A stretch of 64,000 nt of DNA. Origin: the human T2T-CHM13v2.0 reference genome, Homo sapiens. Location of the stretch: NCBI RefSeq assembly GCF_009914755.1, contig NC_060935.1, one strand, 5' to 3'. Of this stretch, positions 28,941-42,882 are shown piece by piece; the first letter of the stretch is position 1, and the number at the start of each line of letters is the position of its first letter. The translations under genes and the position numbers were made by a program. The notes beneath the pieces were generated by a model. The model did not search any database. It was not told the DNA's origin and worked only from the letters and a program-made list of their open reading frames with translations.

Positions 28941-30663
28941 GACATCTTAATCCCTACGTTCTCTTGGGTTTCAGTAAGATTGGGTGAAATAGTGAGTTTC
29001 TTAACTGTGGCAGTTACAACTGAGAGAAATTTTCTAGTTCTGTTACATAAATTGAAATTGAGGACATTTCTATTTCACTGAATGGTGGCTTTTGGGAAGT
29101 GGTCCTTAGATGTTGTTGCCTCACCTTTGTGCCTCACCCCCATCTTTTCCGGAACGATTTAAATGAAATATACATTCCCTTAAGATTCAGCTCAGGTGTT
29201 AATTCCTCTAGAGAGTCTACCTAGATTTTTCCTGTCCAAAGTCTGCCTTGGGAGTCCCTCATGGCCTTTCACAACTACACTGCATTGGGAATATGAGTTT
29301 TCACTTTGGACTTGATATTGTGTCTTGTGTGCCTAGCATAGAGATGCAGCACAATATGAATGCTCACCAAAAAGAAGTTGAGAACTATTTTCGTGTTCCC
29401 AGTCATTTCAGAAGCATTGACTTATTTTTACCTGTTTTGGTGTCTTTATAAAGCTTCAGCACCATGCTCAGAGGTATGGGACAAGGATTGAGAGCAATGC
29501 AGTCCCTGTCCTCGGTTAGGAGGCAAGGTGGGTGCAATGGTAAGAAGTGGTATGAAAAAATATCCAGTTGGCGCTAAACAATGTGGTAAGCCCTAAGTAA
29601 TGTAGCTTAGGAACTCAGGAAAAAAAGAGAGACTTACTTCTGTGTTGGAATTCTTGGAGAAGTTTGGTCTTTGGTTGTATTTGAAAGATGGATAAGAATA
29701 GACAGAATAGGATTTTATTCTGTATTGAATCCTTTTGTTGACTTTGCTTTATCTGTCATGGTTTTATAACAACATGTAATTTTAGTATTTCTGCATTTGG
29801 TTAAAAAAATTTCCTCTCATTTGAATTTTAGGTGCCTGATTGCTTATTCTCCTCCACTAGATGTGGTAAGGCCCATTGGACCCACCATTGTGTCTTATGC
29901 ACTTAGCATAGTTTGTCTGGTATGCAATAGATATTTGAGAATGTGGTGTGCCAGCTGATTTACTGACTGAATTCTGGAGCATTGTTTTCCTCATTTGTAA
30001 AATTCGGGGATTGGAATATGTGATTCGTAAGAACTTTTGCAGCTCTAAAATGCTGTGAAATTCAATAGATTTCCTGTGAATTCTCAAGTCTATATATATT
30101 TTCTAGTGTGATAACATTGTATTTGCAGTGTTTTTCATGTAGAATAAAGTATAAGTTTAATATATAAATGTTATCATTAATCCAGAAGATTTAGTAATGT
30201 TGGCAATAGGAGGAGTATTTTCAGAAGGATTTTTCTTACTGTTACTTAACTGATATTTTGGAGGAAAATGAAGAATAAAAGCTCTAACAGTGACATTATA
30301 GAATTTAGGTAGAAATTAAGAGGGAGTTGATATTTAGGGCTGAAAAAGAGAGGGCCAACCTTTCTAGAGAAAGATCGATGATTAGTTTTTGGTTGTAGTT
30401 TTGGTAAGAATGCAAAGTAATTTTAAGCAATATTTGTCCTGTTTGAGAAAATGCTAACATATCACAAATTGTTTATTATCTGTCAAACTGTGGAAAAGAA
30501 ATTAAAGAAGTTTGAGATTTTAACTTGCAGCTGTTTCTGATTTGTACTTTTCTCTTAGCATGAAGACTGAGGCAGTCACCATTCCTGAGAGCCAAAAAAG
30601 GGCCGTCTTCAGCCTTCTGAGGGAAGAGCTATTCATTGATGTCAGAGCCATGGCATAGCCAGA

Positions 30664-30843
30664 CACTTTCCATAGCTTTGAGAATCTATTCTTGACAGTC
30701 AGTTTTAGTTTTAGACTGTTTTGATTGTCAAGTACAACTCAGAAGTTTTGTATGTGTCACTTTCCATAGCTTTCAGAATTTATTCTTTACAATCAGTTTT
30801 AGTTTTAGATTGTTTGGATTGTCAAGTAAAACTTAGAATTTTT
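30664..30843. repeat. Two-copy tandem duplication, period 94 bp
   Basis: CACTTTCCATAGCTTT...AGAA copies at 30664-30749 and 30758-30843, about 9 mismatches in 86 bp. Confidence 0.92.
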
Positions 30844-32940
30844 TTTTATTTTATGAGTAGGGTAATAATTTATACTTAGATTTAATTTCAAAGAACCGTT
30901 TGTGGCTAATAAGATATTTTCAAACTTTTTTAGTAATTGATAGGAACTTCGTTTTGAGCATATAACATTTGTTTTATGTCCTGCATTTGATATTACTGCT
31001 TTGAAGTGAGAGCAACTGTATCTTAAATACTTAGGTGTAGTCTCTTAACGTGTGTTACCTCTTTTAATCCTCTTCATAGTTAACTGTTTTATAAATTGGG
31101 GGCCTGCTTTGAAGAGATTAAGTAACTTAAACAGGTTCACCCGTCCAGGTATGTGTCACTCCAAAGCAGGAGCAGTTTCTGTGACCCTATGGCTGCCTCT
31201 CTGCAACCATTAAAAGGTTTTTTTTGTTTTTTTGTTTTTGCCCTTCAACAAGTTTTGGCATAGGTTAAGAGAAATATAGACTATATTGCGTTTTCTGTAG
31301 TATCTCATATGGCATACTTATTCATTTGGTGATCAGTAAATACTTGTTGAATTAAACTGGGGCACTTGCTATGTTCCTTAAAAGAAGTGGCATCAATAAG
31401 GAAGAATTAAGTACTGTTGCAGAAGCTCACCAGATGATTCTGATGTATCCATCCACTTACCAAATAGTTGTTGAATGAACTGGAAAATTTTCAGATTTAA
31501 GATATGATTGGCATATACTTTTTCATATCATCAAATACATCCATCAAGCCATGAGATGGGTAGACCCTCATTGTACAGATGTGGAAATGTTCACCAACAT
31601 TAGCCAGCACACCCCCCATATCTGCCCCAACCCTCAAGTTTCCTTGATTATTTTATGTATGTGTGATAATGTGTGATACTACTACTACATAAACTGTAAA
31701 GGGCCATATATATGTTCCCCTTTATTACCTGACTATTGCTAACAGCAGAACACATAGTGTAGGCATGAAAGGAAGGCTACATAGCCATCTTGTTTTATCT
31801 GAAAACCAGTGTTTTAATCGAACAGGTTACTTGTTAGTACTTACATATTGACTTAGAAGTTGATAAAGATTTCATTTATGCTTGTGTTGCTCAGTTTTTG
31901 TATGATAACTGTGAAAACAGTAGCAAATTCAAATTGACAGTCATTTGTCATAACCTCCTTAATGGAACTGTCCTGCTTGGAATTTCCCACTTCTGGGAAT
32001 GATAAGCAATAGGAATGATTTCTTTCATAGTACCTGATTAAGATAAAGTGGCCTTCATCATAAAGACGTGTAAAGAAAACTAAGCAAATGTAGAGGCTGA
32101 CAGATATTTGTAGAGGGCATCCCAGCATTGGCAGTCCAGCCTGAGAAGAGACAGGATGACCTCCAGGGTGCTTTCTGGCTCCAGACCTGTGATCAAGAGT
32201 CCATAAGCATAGCTGATTGAGCACTGAAAGTAGTGATTACCAGAGAAACCAATGTTTAATGAAAAGTGAAAATTCTTGACATTGTAGAAATGATTATTTA
32301 TACCTATATACATAGAGAAATCCCAGTAATATTTTCTCAACTATGTACAGAATTAGTTCAGGTTATATAGTTCTTGTCATGATCTTAGGGCCAAATTATT
32401 CCCATAGGAGTAAAGTACATATTCAATTGTATTATTTAAATTGGAGAAAAAAATTTATGTAAAGAAAGTTACCTTATGCCATTTTAGAACCTCTGCTATT
32501 TAAAGTAAGTCACCTGTTGTATGAATTTGTAATGTGGCTTATTGATTTTTCTAGGATGCATATTTTTAAAGAGCAGAATAAGCTTCTGCTTTCAGGAATT
32601 CAGCCTAGTATTTCAAATGAGAGCTCATGTATTGCAACATTATTTATCTATTTTTGTAAAGGGCTGTTAATCACTTGGTGCCACCCTGTCTGAGTTGTGT
32701 GCTTGTAGATTGTTCACATGAAATCACTTGATATGGCATCTCATTTCTGCAAGAATTTTTTCTGTATTTTTAGCCCACCAGCCTAGCATGAAGTTAAATT
32801 ATTTAATAGAAATATTTAGAGACCAGAAGCTTACTTTTAATTTTGCGAATGTTGCCTTACCCTTTTTGGAATAGGTTACTGTTTAAAAACGTGTCGATGT
32901 AGTTATGCAATATAATTCATTTATCCTACCTTTGGCCAAA

Positions 32941-32996
32941 ACACACACACACACACACACACACACTCATGCTCACACACTCATGCTCACACACAC
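32941..32996. repeat. (CA)n compound microsatellite
   Basis: CA run followed by two CTCATGCTCACACA units. Confidence 0.9.
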
Positions 32997-34257
32997 TTAT
33001 TCTGTCTCTCTCTCTCCTTCTCCTTCCCTCCCTCTCAGCTATTTCTGAGCACAGAGTCTTTTGTTTAAAAGAGGGATTAGTATGTCAAATTTGTTTCTAT
33101 ATTGTATTTCTGGGTTTGAAGTTTTACTGGATACTTGGTTTTTGGTAAGGCTGTCATTTAATGCCTCTTGAATTATTCTGCAGGAGTATTAGCAAGAGTT
33201 GTAAACCGGAGTTCATATGTGAAATGTGAGACTGTGACCTCTTGATCCAGAGGCCAGGACTGTTGCCAACTGAACCAAACCCTTCCTTTTCCTAAGAATA
33301 GAAGTGCTCTGCCTAATGATTGGAGTTCAGCTCAGTGTTTTTGGTGTTCTCCAGTAATTGGTTAGAATCTCACCAATTGTGTTTTGAGTGGCCAAGCAAG
33401 TATTTCTTTGTAGGGATAAAGAGAGGTACAATGTGAATAATTTCTTTAAAGAGTTCATGAAGGAATTCTGGTATATCAGAAATACCACTGATATGTATGA
33501 CCTGCCTCTGCTCCTGCCCCATAGAAGTTGCTATCAAATGTGGAAAGACACTGTGGAAAGAAGTGTCCATTTTTAATGTTAAATGTAACCAATTTGATAA
33601 GAAACCTATAATAATTGTATCATCTAGGTCTCTAATACTTGAAAACTTAAGTTCTATAAATTATAAATATTGAACTGAGAAAAAAATTGAAGGTAAAAGA
33701 CGTTATTAGGACAAAGAATTAGGTTATTTGTGAGGCAGTAAATGTAAAATGTTGACTGTATTTTATAACCTATTAGTTTGAACTGTTCAAAATCAGAACA
33801 TAGTGAGCTTCACAAGTTTTCATCTTATGGACAGGATTAATAATACTTCATAAATTCACTATTCCCATTCTCAGATCCAAGATGCCTTACATATATTTCT
33901 ACTTTCCTTACTCCTTTGCTCACTCATTTTGCTCATTGGACTTTCCAGTATTTGCAGTGTTTTGATTCCTGACTGTCTTGAAGTCTTTCAGGACAAAAGT
34001 GGCTATGAAGCTGCTGTCTGCCAGAGAGACTAAAAGAGAAGCCCTCTTCTTTGACCCAGATAGTAAAGATAGATCATTTGATCAAAATTCAGTTAGGTCA
34101 AGTTAGTTAAGTCAGAATGTCAAGGAATCAGTTTAGTTAGTTAAGTTAGTTAAATTACATATAAGTAATGTACTTGGACAAGTCATAGAACGATGACCTA
34201 CAGATTAAGGTCCATAGCCTGGCCCCATATCACCTTTCTAGCCTCATCTCTCCCTCC

Positions 34258-34401
34258 CTCTTTTTTAATTAATAAAAGACAAATAGAGACAGGGTCTCAC
34301 TATGTTGGCTAGGTTAGTCTTGAACTCTTGGCCCCAAGCAATCCTCACACCTAGACCTCCCAAAGTGCGAGGGTTACAGGCGTGAGCCACCACACCCGGC
34401 C
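34258..34401 (-). mobile_element. FLAM (free left Alu monomer) with TSD
   Basis: Single left arm; TCTAGCCTCATCT at 34237-34249 and 34402-34414. Confidence 0.88.
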
Positions 34402-34727
34402 TCTAGCCTCATCTGCATCTGCCATCTCTCCTCCTCACTCCTCTCTCCTGCCTGTGAGACACCACCAATTGGATGTACTGAAGAGATGCACCTCTTCTAC
34501 ATGTTGTATATTCATGCATGCATTGGTAGCATTGTAAATGCTCTTTACTACTTCAGCTACTTACCCTGAGAAGGTCTTACACACCCCTCATTTTTACTTT
34601 ATCGTTTAAGGCTCTCAGATCTAACTCAAATGTGTCACCATCTTTTTCCTGTAGCTCGTACTAATAACATTTGAACCCCTCCCTTATCCCAACTTCTGTA
34701 GCATTACTTTACTCATTTTTATTCCTA

Positions 34728-34828
34728 TAGCATTTCCTCAACTCTAATATGTCTATTTTTTACATTTTAACCTCTGAAATTAGGGTACTTCTTACAATTC
34801 ATGGGATCTTAGTTTTGATTAAACAAGG
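34728..34828. mobile_element. MER104-like TcMar-Tc2 MITE
   Basis: TACATTTTAACCTCTGAAATTAGGG..CTTACAATTCATGG..TCTTAG resembles the MER104 consensus as recalled. Confidence 0.5.
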
Positions 34829-35034
34829 TACTTCCATTCTGGTGGAGAATTGAGATTCTGTGCTTGCCTTGCTTCTGGAACTTTCATTCTTGGGTCCATA
34901 TCTCTAATTCCTCTTCCAGCACGACAACTAATAATTTGTGCTCAAATGTTGCTAAATGGAATTAAAATACTGTGTCTGGCTTTTACTATATTCAGGGGAA
35001 TTTCAAGGGCATGATTTGTTCTGAAATCTATCAA

Positions 35035-35260
35035 TAATAACAATAATGATTAGCATTTAGAGAGTCCTTATTTTGTGCTAGGCACTGCTTTAATTCCTTT
35101 ATCTGGAGTAACTCAGTGAGTCTTCACAGTAACTCTGTTATCTCTATTTTATTTTTGAGAAAGCTAGGGTACAGTTCAGCCAAAATCGTAGAACTAATAA
35201 TTGGCACACTTAGGATTCTAGCTCTGTTAATCTGGCACCAAAGTCCACGTAACCACTGTT
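35035..35260 (-). mobile_element. MIR
   Basis: AATAATAACAATAATGATTAGCATTT..GTGCTAGGCACTG..TCTTCACAGTAAC pattern. Confidence 0.6.
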
Positions 35261-38053
35261 ATATACTAAAATGTATTTGAATGTTTATTTAACCAGCTCT
35301 GCGCTTTGTGCTTTAGCTGCATTTTTTAATGTAATCCTCATTATAGCCACATGAGGATTTATAGTGTAGTATGCCAGAACACTCCAGTAGTCATCTTTAG
35401 ATGTAAATTCTAGTCTCTATTCTGATACTATGAAGAGATAAACATATTATAGTAAATTTCTACATGTACATGCGGGAGTTTGAGGGCTAATAAGATGATC
35501 TTTCTAGTCTTTTCTGCCTTTTGAAATCATTAAATTTAATTGCTGAAATAAATCCAGACTCTGGTGGAAATGAACTAACATTGAGCACCTTTTATGCTTA
35601 AGGCAGGTGCGCATTATCCCTATTTACAGATGAGGAAAAGAAGTTCAAAGATGAAATAATATGACCAACTTATTGAACAAGAAGTACAGGCAGAATCTGT
35701 TTCAGCATTGAATCTCCACCCCTGAGGATGGCTTCTACACAGGCAGAGCCTCTGTGATATTATTTTTATTTTTGGGGTTTTTAGGAAATCTTTTTTCTCC
35801 ACCATTTTTTTATTTCACCATTAAGTTATCTTAAAACCAGGTCATTAGCTGTCTTTTGCTTACGTATTTTAGTTATTTTCAACAGCTTTTACTAAACATT
35901 TCGTAACCATGTACATATTACTTAATATTAACCACACCATTTCTCTGTCATCTATACCACAGGCTTTAAAAACTGGCATATTAGAGATATTAGAATGATA
36001 GTCATGTGAAAGGAGAAGAAAATGTCTACTATGTAGATTTTAGAAATTATTGGAGTATATTGTGGAAGTTAAAGTTATAGAAAGGATTTTGAAAGCATCT
36101 TTGAATTTTCTAGCATTGTGTTAGCTTTATGACTATCCTTGGTTATTTAGAATAATTAACACAGAGTAGTCTATATTAGACACTTAAGAATTTTGAATGC
36201 TTTTACTCTGTTTTAAAATTCTAGCCAGTTTCATAACATGAAATTAATAGAGCATGCTTAAAATTGGGAAACTTTGGTGTTTCTTAGTTGACTTGTAAGA
36301 GATTGCAGCTTTGATCTCTAAGCTGCAAGTAAACATCTGACTTGTCTATAAACACATGGTTTCAAGGCTTTGGGGGAGCCTAAGAAGATCATTGGTTTGA
36401 AAGCTGAAATAAGTGTACATTTATGACACTTGTGTTTCTGCAAAAAGAGAAGCTTTGGATTAAGTTTATCTGAGAAATGTGTGATAGACAAGAACTGAAA
36501 AAAACAAGAGCTATGACAAAGACTTAGGTGGTTTAGTGGTGGTTCACTCAGTTCAATAAATCCCGTGTACTTAACGTGTGCTACACACTGATGGTTTTTG
36601 GATGGCATTAATGTGCCTAGTTTAAGGATTCCATGAGAGTTCATGATACTCAGTATTGGTGTCAACTTGGGGGTAACCATACAGCACTAGAATCATTATA
36701 AAGTATTTATTCAATATATTTTTAAGATATTATTTCTCTTACTGTTCTCTGGACAAGACATCAGTATCTGAAATGCCTTTCCTCACCTTCTGTCTGTTCT
36801 TGGTCATTATATCAATCTACTTTTAAGAACATATACAAATTATGCTTTTTATTGCACATGTAGAGATTTAATATAGGAGGAAATGTTTGAAAGTATATAA
36901 AAGCCAAAAGAACAAATAAATGATCTCATAACCGATTGATAACTTATTGGCTGTATATTTTCAGACTGTTTAACTATAATCTTTTAATATTGCCAAACAG
37001 TTCTCTAGTACAGTTATAACTATTTGTTGTTCCACTAGCTGCAAATGATAGATAGAGCCTATTAAAATATTACTTTTTTACTGCTTTGTGTGGTATTCTG
37101 ATATCTTTTACCTCTTCATGTGTTGCTATGTAGTTTTTGTTGGTTACAGTTTGAAATATGAGTTCCTTTTGCTTATTAAAGTGACATTTCTGGGCAAAAC
37201 ACCATACTGGAGGATTTGGAGGAAATCTTGAAATTGTTCCTAAAGGCAACAAATTGAAGATATATTAATGCTATGTAACCTGAGCACATTTAGATAGGAG
37301 ATCACCAGCCATTGGAGTCAATCTGCAACTTCCTGAACAGGCATGTTTTGGAGCCAGGCTTTGAAGAAGCTGTAGGATAAGAGAAGGAAGAGACATGGTT
37401 TGTACAGGGAGATGAAATAAGATGGGTATGATATGTATGCTGGATTAGAAATTGATAGGATACCTTCAAGAGAGAAAAGAAGCTAGTGAGATAAAGGGTT
37501 CAAAATGAATGTTAAGCCAGGAGATGGATGAAAGAGGAAGGCAGATTTATTGTCAAGGGAGGGGAAAGACTAACATCAATTATGTTTAAGGGAAGCTGGC
37601 CTAGCAATTTACATGGAAGTGGCTTGTGATACAGGGAGTATAGTTTAAGTCTTTTAAGGTATATGTGAAATGATTGGCCAAACTTGTTATTGCTGAGTAT
37701 AGAAAGTAAAAACAGAAATGGTATGTAAATAACTTAATATTGCTTTTGTGATCATGGAAAAGTAGGAAGGATTTGTTTGGGAAAGGAACGATGAATACCT
37801 TTGTTTTCAGTTACATAAAAGATTAAATTAATTTTCCTCCTCTTTCTTGTTCTGTTGCAACTTTGGACTCCAGTTGGAGACTGGATCTCCCTTATTCTGT
37901 ACCTGACATCACCTGGCATGATGACTTTGCTCATAGTTGTTGCTCAGGAACATTCATTAACTAATTGCGTATATGAAGAAATATAGATTACTGGAGTATG
38001 TCTTTCCACTGCTCTACTGATATTTGCTAAAAAAGAGATTTTGAGTAGTGTGC

Positions 38054-38396
<343 letters not shown>

Positions 38397-38878
38397 TAGC
38401 ATCCCTTGTCTTTTGTCTGCCAATCAAGAAGTTTCAGAATGTTTTGATCTTTGGCCAAGTAAAGTATTGCCAGTCAGTGTCTTGGGAGATTTTAAAGTGA
38501 TGACGTAGTGCTTAGTTATCTTACATAGCAAATTGTTGAGATATAAAATATATTATCAAATAGTTCAGTTACCAATTAAGCCTGCATTATATAATGTATT
38601 TGATTATCTAATGGTTTCACCCAAATCTTTTTCTCCCTTTAAATGACATCCTCGAGTGTAGGGATTCTATCTTGTACTACTCATTTTTTAGCCCCCACAT
38701 GTCTATAGCATTGTGTATGGCTTACAGTAACTTAAAAAAATGTGTGTTGGCTTAATTTATGCTTTAAACCTTAAAACATGTTAAAAATATATTGTCATAT
38801 TAAGAATAGTAATAGAACCTTGTCAAAAAATTTTTACACATGCAAATCTTTTTTCAGTGAAAACATACATACAAATGG

Positions 38879-39210
38879 TTTTTTTTTTTTTTTTTTTTTT
38901 TTGGAGACAGTCTTGCTCTGTCACTCATACTGGAGTGCATTGGCATAATCTTGGCTCACTGCAGTCTCCGCCTCCTAGGTTCAAGTGATTCTCCTGCCTC
39001 ACCTTCCTGAGTAGCTAGGATTACAGGTGTGCACCACCATGCCGAACTAATTTTTGTATTTTTAGTAGAGACAGGGTTTCACCATGTTGGCCAGGCTGGT
39101 CTCGAATGCCTGACCCCGTGGTTGCTGGTCTCGAATGCCTGACCCCGTGATTTGCCCACCTCAGCCTCCCAAAGTGCTGGGATTACAGGCGTCAGCCACC
39201 ACGCCTGGCT
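38879..39210 (-). mobile_element. Alu (S-like) with internal 26-bp duplication
   Basis: GCTGGTCTCGAATGCCTGACCCCGTG at 39095-39120 and 39124-39149. Confidence 0.93.
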
Positions 39211-39239
39211 GAACATGGTCTTTATTCTTAAGACTAGAA

Positions 39240-39325
39240 TAGTACTTCTCAACAAGGGATGATTTTGTCCCTTTCCTTCCTGGGTACATTTGGCTATGTC
39301 TGAAGACATATTTGGTTGCTAGAAT
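39240..39325 (+). mobile_element. MER20 (hAT-Charlie) fragment
   Basis: TTCTCAACAAGGGATGATTTTGTCCC..ACATTTGGCTATGTCTGAAGACAT. Confidence 0.6.
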
Positions 39326-39439
39326 CATGTTAAGCCCTTTTTCAGCCAGTGGGGTTTAGCTGAAATGTACTTGGGTTCTCTCATTTAAGTGGTACAGAAA
39401 TCATACCTCTGTAATTTAGCCCATGGTTTCCCCTTGCCT

Positions 39440-39780
39440 CTCTTTCAAGAATGCTCCTCCAGTCTCTCCAGCTGGCTAATTTTATAGATTATTCAGCATT
39501 GCCTTCAGAGGCTGTCACCTTTATGTGTCCTCCTCTGTATCACTAGGTTGTACCAAGAACCTTTCCATAAACACCCTAAACCTTTTTCTATCCTCTATCA
39601 TTTTATATTCATTTATAGATCATTTTATATTCATTTCTAACCTCTGTCATTTTATATTCAAGTTGTATCTTTATGGATCTTTCCCACTAGAAGATAAGCT
39701 CCTCCAAGTCAGGGATTATGTGTTATTCATTTTGATGTCAGCAGTACTTGGCACTTAGTAGGTGTTCAGTAAGTGCTTTA
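39440..39780 (+). mobile_element. L2 3' end fragment
   Basis: CCACTAGAAGATAAGCTCCTCCAAGTCAGGGA..GTACTTGGCACTTAGTAGGTGTTCAGTAA. Confidence 0.6.
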
Positions 39781-42700
39781 GACAAACTGTAGCTCAGATA
39801 ATATTGTTTGGCTTAGGTTTAGTGCGGTTTTTTTGGTGGTATGGAGAGGGTTGGGATTGTGGAGAGAGAAGCTGATTGACAGGAGACTTGAGTTCTAGTT
39901 CTGCCTCTACGACCCATTAGTGCCATCACCTCAGGCATGGTTGAGTGACCATTATGAGTTTTAATTATGTACAGAGTGAGGGAGGATTGGGCTACAAGGT
40001 TAAGAGGAGCACTCATCCCATAAGCTGTGTATCACAGCTCACTTAACTGAGGCCAGACAACCTTATTGAACACAGCTGTGTGTCCAGGAATAAACAGAAG
40101 AGGCTTCAGTGTAACTGCCAGATATTTTCCCCATAACTTAAGACAGCAGATTAGAAACAGTAGTTAATAGGAAATGCCCAACACCTGGGAGTCCAAATGA
40201 AGAGGTCCTTTCACTTATCTGTGAAGGAACTTTTGGCCTATACTGTCTTTATTGATGGCCTGGATAAGTGAACTATTATTGTATTCAATCTGGTTCACAT
40301 ATAGTCTTCAGTAACCATTTCTCACCGCTAATGAAAAGCTATCTGTAAGATGCTGATGAAACAGCTTTGTAGTGACTTGTTTCTCAACCTCTGAGGCATT
40401 GACCTGAAAGTAATCATAGATGCTCTTCTACCAGTGACCCCGATGTTAGCAGTTGTTGGGGAGGTGACACATAAGGCAGTGGCCATGCGACTTTCACTCT
40501 GGCCTCTGTAGATTCGCCTCGATTTGAGAGGTAAGTCTGGGTTTTGTCTAGGGAAAGCCAGGCTACTCTGTAAGTCTGAAAATATGTGTTTTAGTCTTAT
40601 TGTGGGCCCTTAATTAAATGTCCATTTCTTTGTGTATAAAATGAAACAGTTGGTCAGGTGGTCTCCAAGTTTCTTTCTGACATTGTATTCTTCTGTGTGA
40701 GTTTGCCCTTCGATTTCAGCAATTCTGTTATTTTTATTTGCTTAATCACCAAATGAAGCCATTCAAAAGGTTAAACTATTAAGTGTTTCAAAAGATTCAG
40801 ATTATGCCTGGAACATAGCTGAGTAATCTGAATATATTTTAGTGTTTGCCTCAATTAGTAGAAGTAAGTTGTGCTGTCCTTGGGTAATTAAAGGGAAACT
40901 TAACAGCCTTTCTTGGAAATATATGTATTCTGGGTTTTTCCTCAAAAATGCAGGAGAGGACCATTGGTTCTGTTAGCTGCTGTGTGGAGGCTGAGAGAGC
41001 TTAGGGAAACCTTCCCAAGAGCGGACATTTGAGCTGTCCTCAAAGACTTGACAGGAGAGGAGTGGGGATGGGAAAGGAATTGAAGGCGGAGATACTGTGT
41101 GAACAAGGGCATGGAGACATGACGTAGTGATCTACGGCTGAAGTTTCCTTTCAGGTGTGAAGTGTTTTTTATATTTTGAGAACTTTGAAATTTTCCTTTT
41201 CTCTTAGATTTTAATCACATCTCCATGTGGACTTCATCTTTATAGACTGAGGTGTTCCAATTCCAGTTAGGCCTAGTCTTTGTTCCATCCCTTAAGCCAT
41301 TTTCATAGTTCATCTTTTGTGTAGCAGTTACATATGTCAGTTTTGAGCAATAGTGACCAAAATTTTCCACAGTATCACAGATATGAGTGATTCACAGATG
41401 GTTAAAGTCACTGCGCACTCTTCCACTGCTCCTCCCCACCACAGTTGTAGTGGACAAAACATTTTATGAAAACTCTTACATGTATAGAACTTTGTCTTCT
41501 TTTTAAAAAGGATAGCAGAGAAATCATCTTTCTTTTATAATTCTTAGGTATGTCAGTCTTCTCACCTTAAAATGCAAGAGTGTTTTCTGATACAGCATTG
41601 AAGTATCAGTTATTTTCTATGTGTTTATTATATGTGAATTAGAAATTCAATGAAGTGAGTTCTGTGGATAACCAAATTGAGTTCCTGCTTCAGGAACCTT
41701 TCTCAGTAATTATTAATCTTTTTAGTTATTGGAAGAATTTTGAAAAGAATTTCAATGAAACTCCTAATATATTTGCTGTACTCAATTATCTTTCTTCCAA
41801 TTTAGTAAACAGCCTTTTTACTAACTTTTTAGATTCCGAGAGCTTGAGTTTGTTCTTAGTGAGCTGCTAGGCAATTGACATCTGACATCTTAATGGGAGA
41901 CTAGAATAATATTCCTCTCCATACAGAGGAACTCTTAAAAAAAAAAAAATCTGTAAGACCTAGAAACCTGTGAACCCACCTTCTGTGTAATCCTCATGTA
42001 ACACTAAAGATCCAGCCTGCTAGCATGGGTCTCATAGATTGAGGCAGTCTCTAAGTGATCATGTTACTTAATATTTACAGTATAACCTTTTTATTAATTT
42101 CTTTTTAATGACCATGACTGTGACTATTAGTAACATTTTCTACCAGTAGCCATAAAAATCCCCCTCAAAAAGGTGATAATATATTTCATAGTATAATGGA
42201 ATTTCATAGTCATTTAACTTGAGAGGTTCAAAGAAGAAAGCTGTATTTTCACTGACAGGATCACATTTCAATTGCAACTTAACAGAAAGCAAGTTGAATC
42301 CTAGTTTTCAGCCTGAACAAATCTTCTGATTCTGGTGAACTAGGGAATTTAAAATATCTTTATATGATTATACCACAACTGTGTTCTCTTGCTTTCTCTC
42401 TGTAAACATGTTAAATCCAGAGGAGACAGAAGGGAAGACATTTAATCTGTATTTGTAATTTGGTATTGAAAGACTACTGACTCTTCTAAGTAAGCCAGTC
42501 CTGTAAGCATGATTTGTATGAGTGTCTAGCATTTATTTTCTTTAAAAAAAAATTACACATGCATGTGTATATATATATGTGTGTATATACATACATACAG
42601 AGAAAAACACAGCATGTTATAATCATACAAAGAGATATTAATGGATGGAAGAATGATGGGTGACTATTGCAAGAATTTTTGGCCATGATTGAAAGAATCC

Positions 42701-42882
42701 CACCACTCTTTTGCCACATACGAAATCCACAGATCTGGTAAGCCACCTTAATATCTGTCATAGTCCTACGTGTAAAACTTATTCACTAATTTATTATTAT
42801 CACCAGTAACCTTTATTTAGCCAAGGGTTCCCTTACTTACTTTAAATTACTTTGTTACTTATTGGTAATTTAACACCCAATG

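Noticed and set aside
33220-33285. tRNA-like / ancient SINE head
   Set aside because: Only vague resemblance; no convincing A/B boxes or cloverleaf.
34090-34155. AGTTA/AGTT repeats resembling a telomere-like or regulatory array
   Set aside because: Short degenerate low-complexity tract, not TTAGGG.
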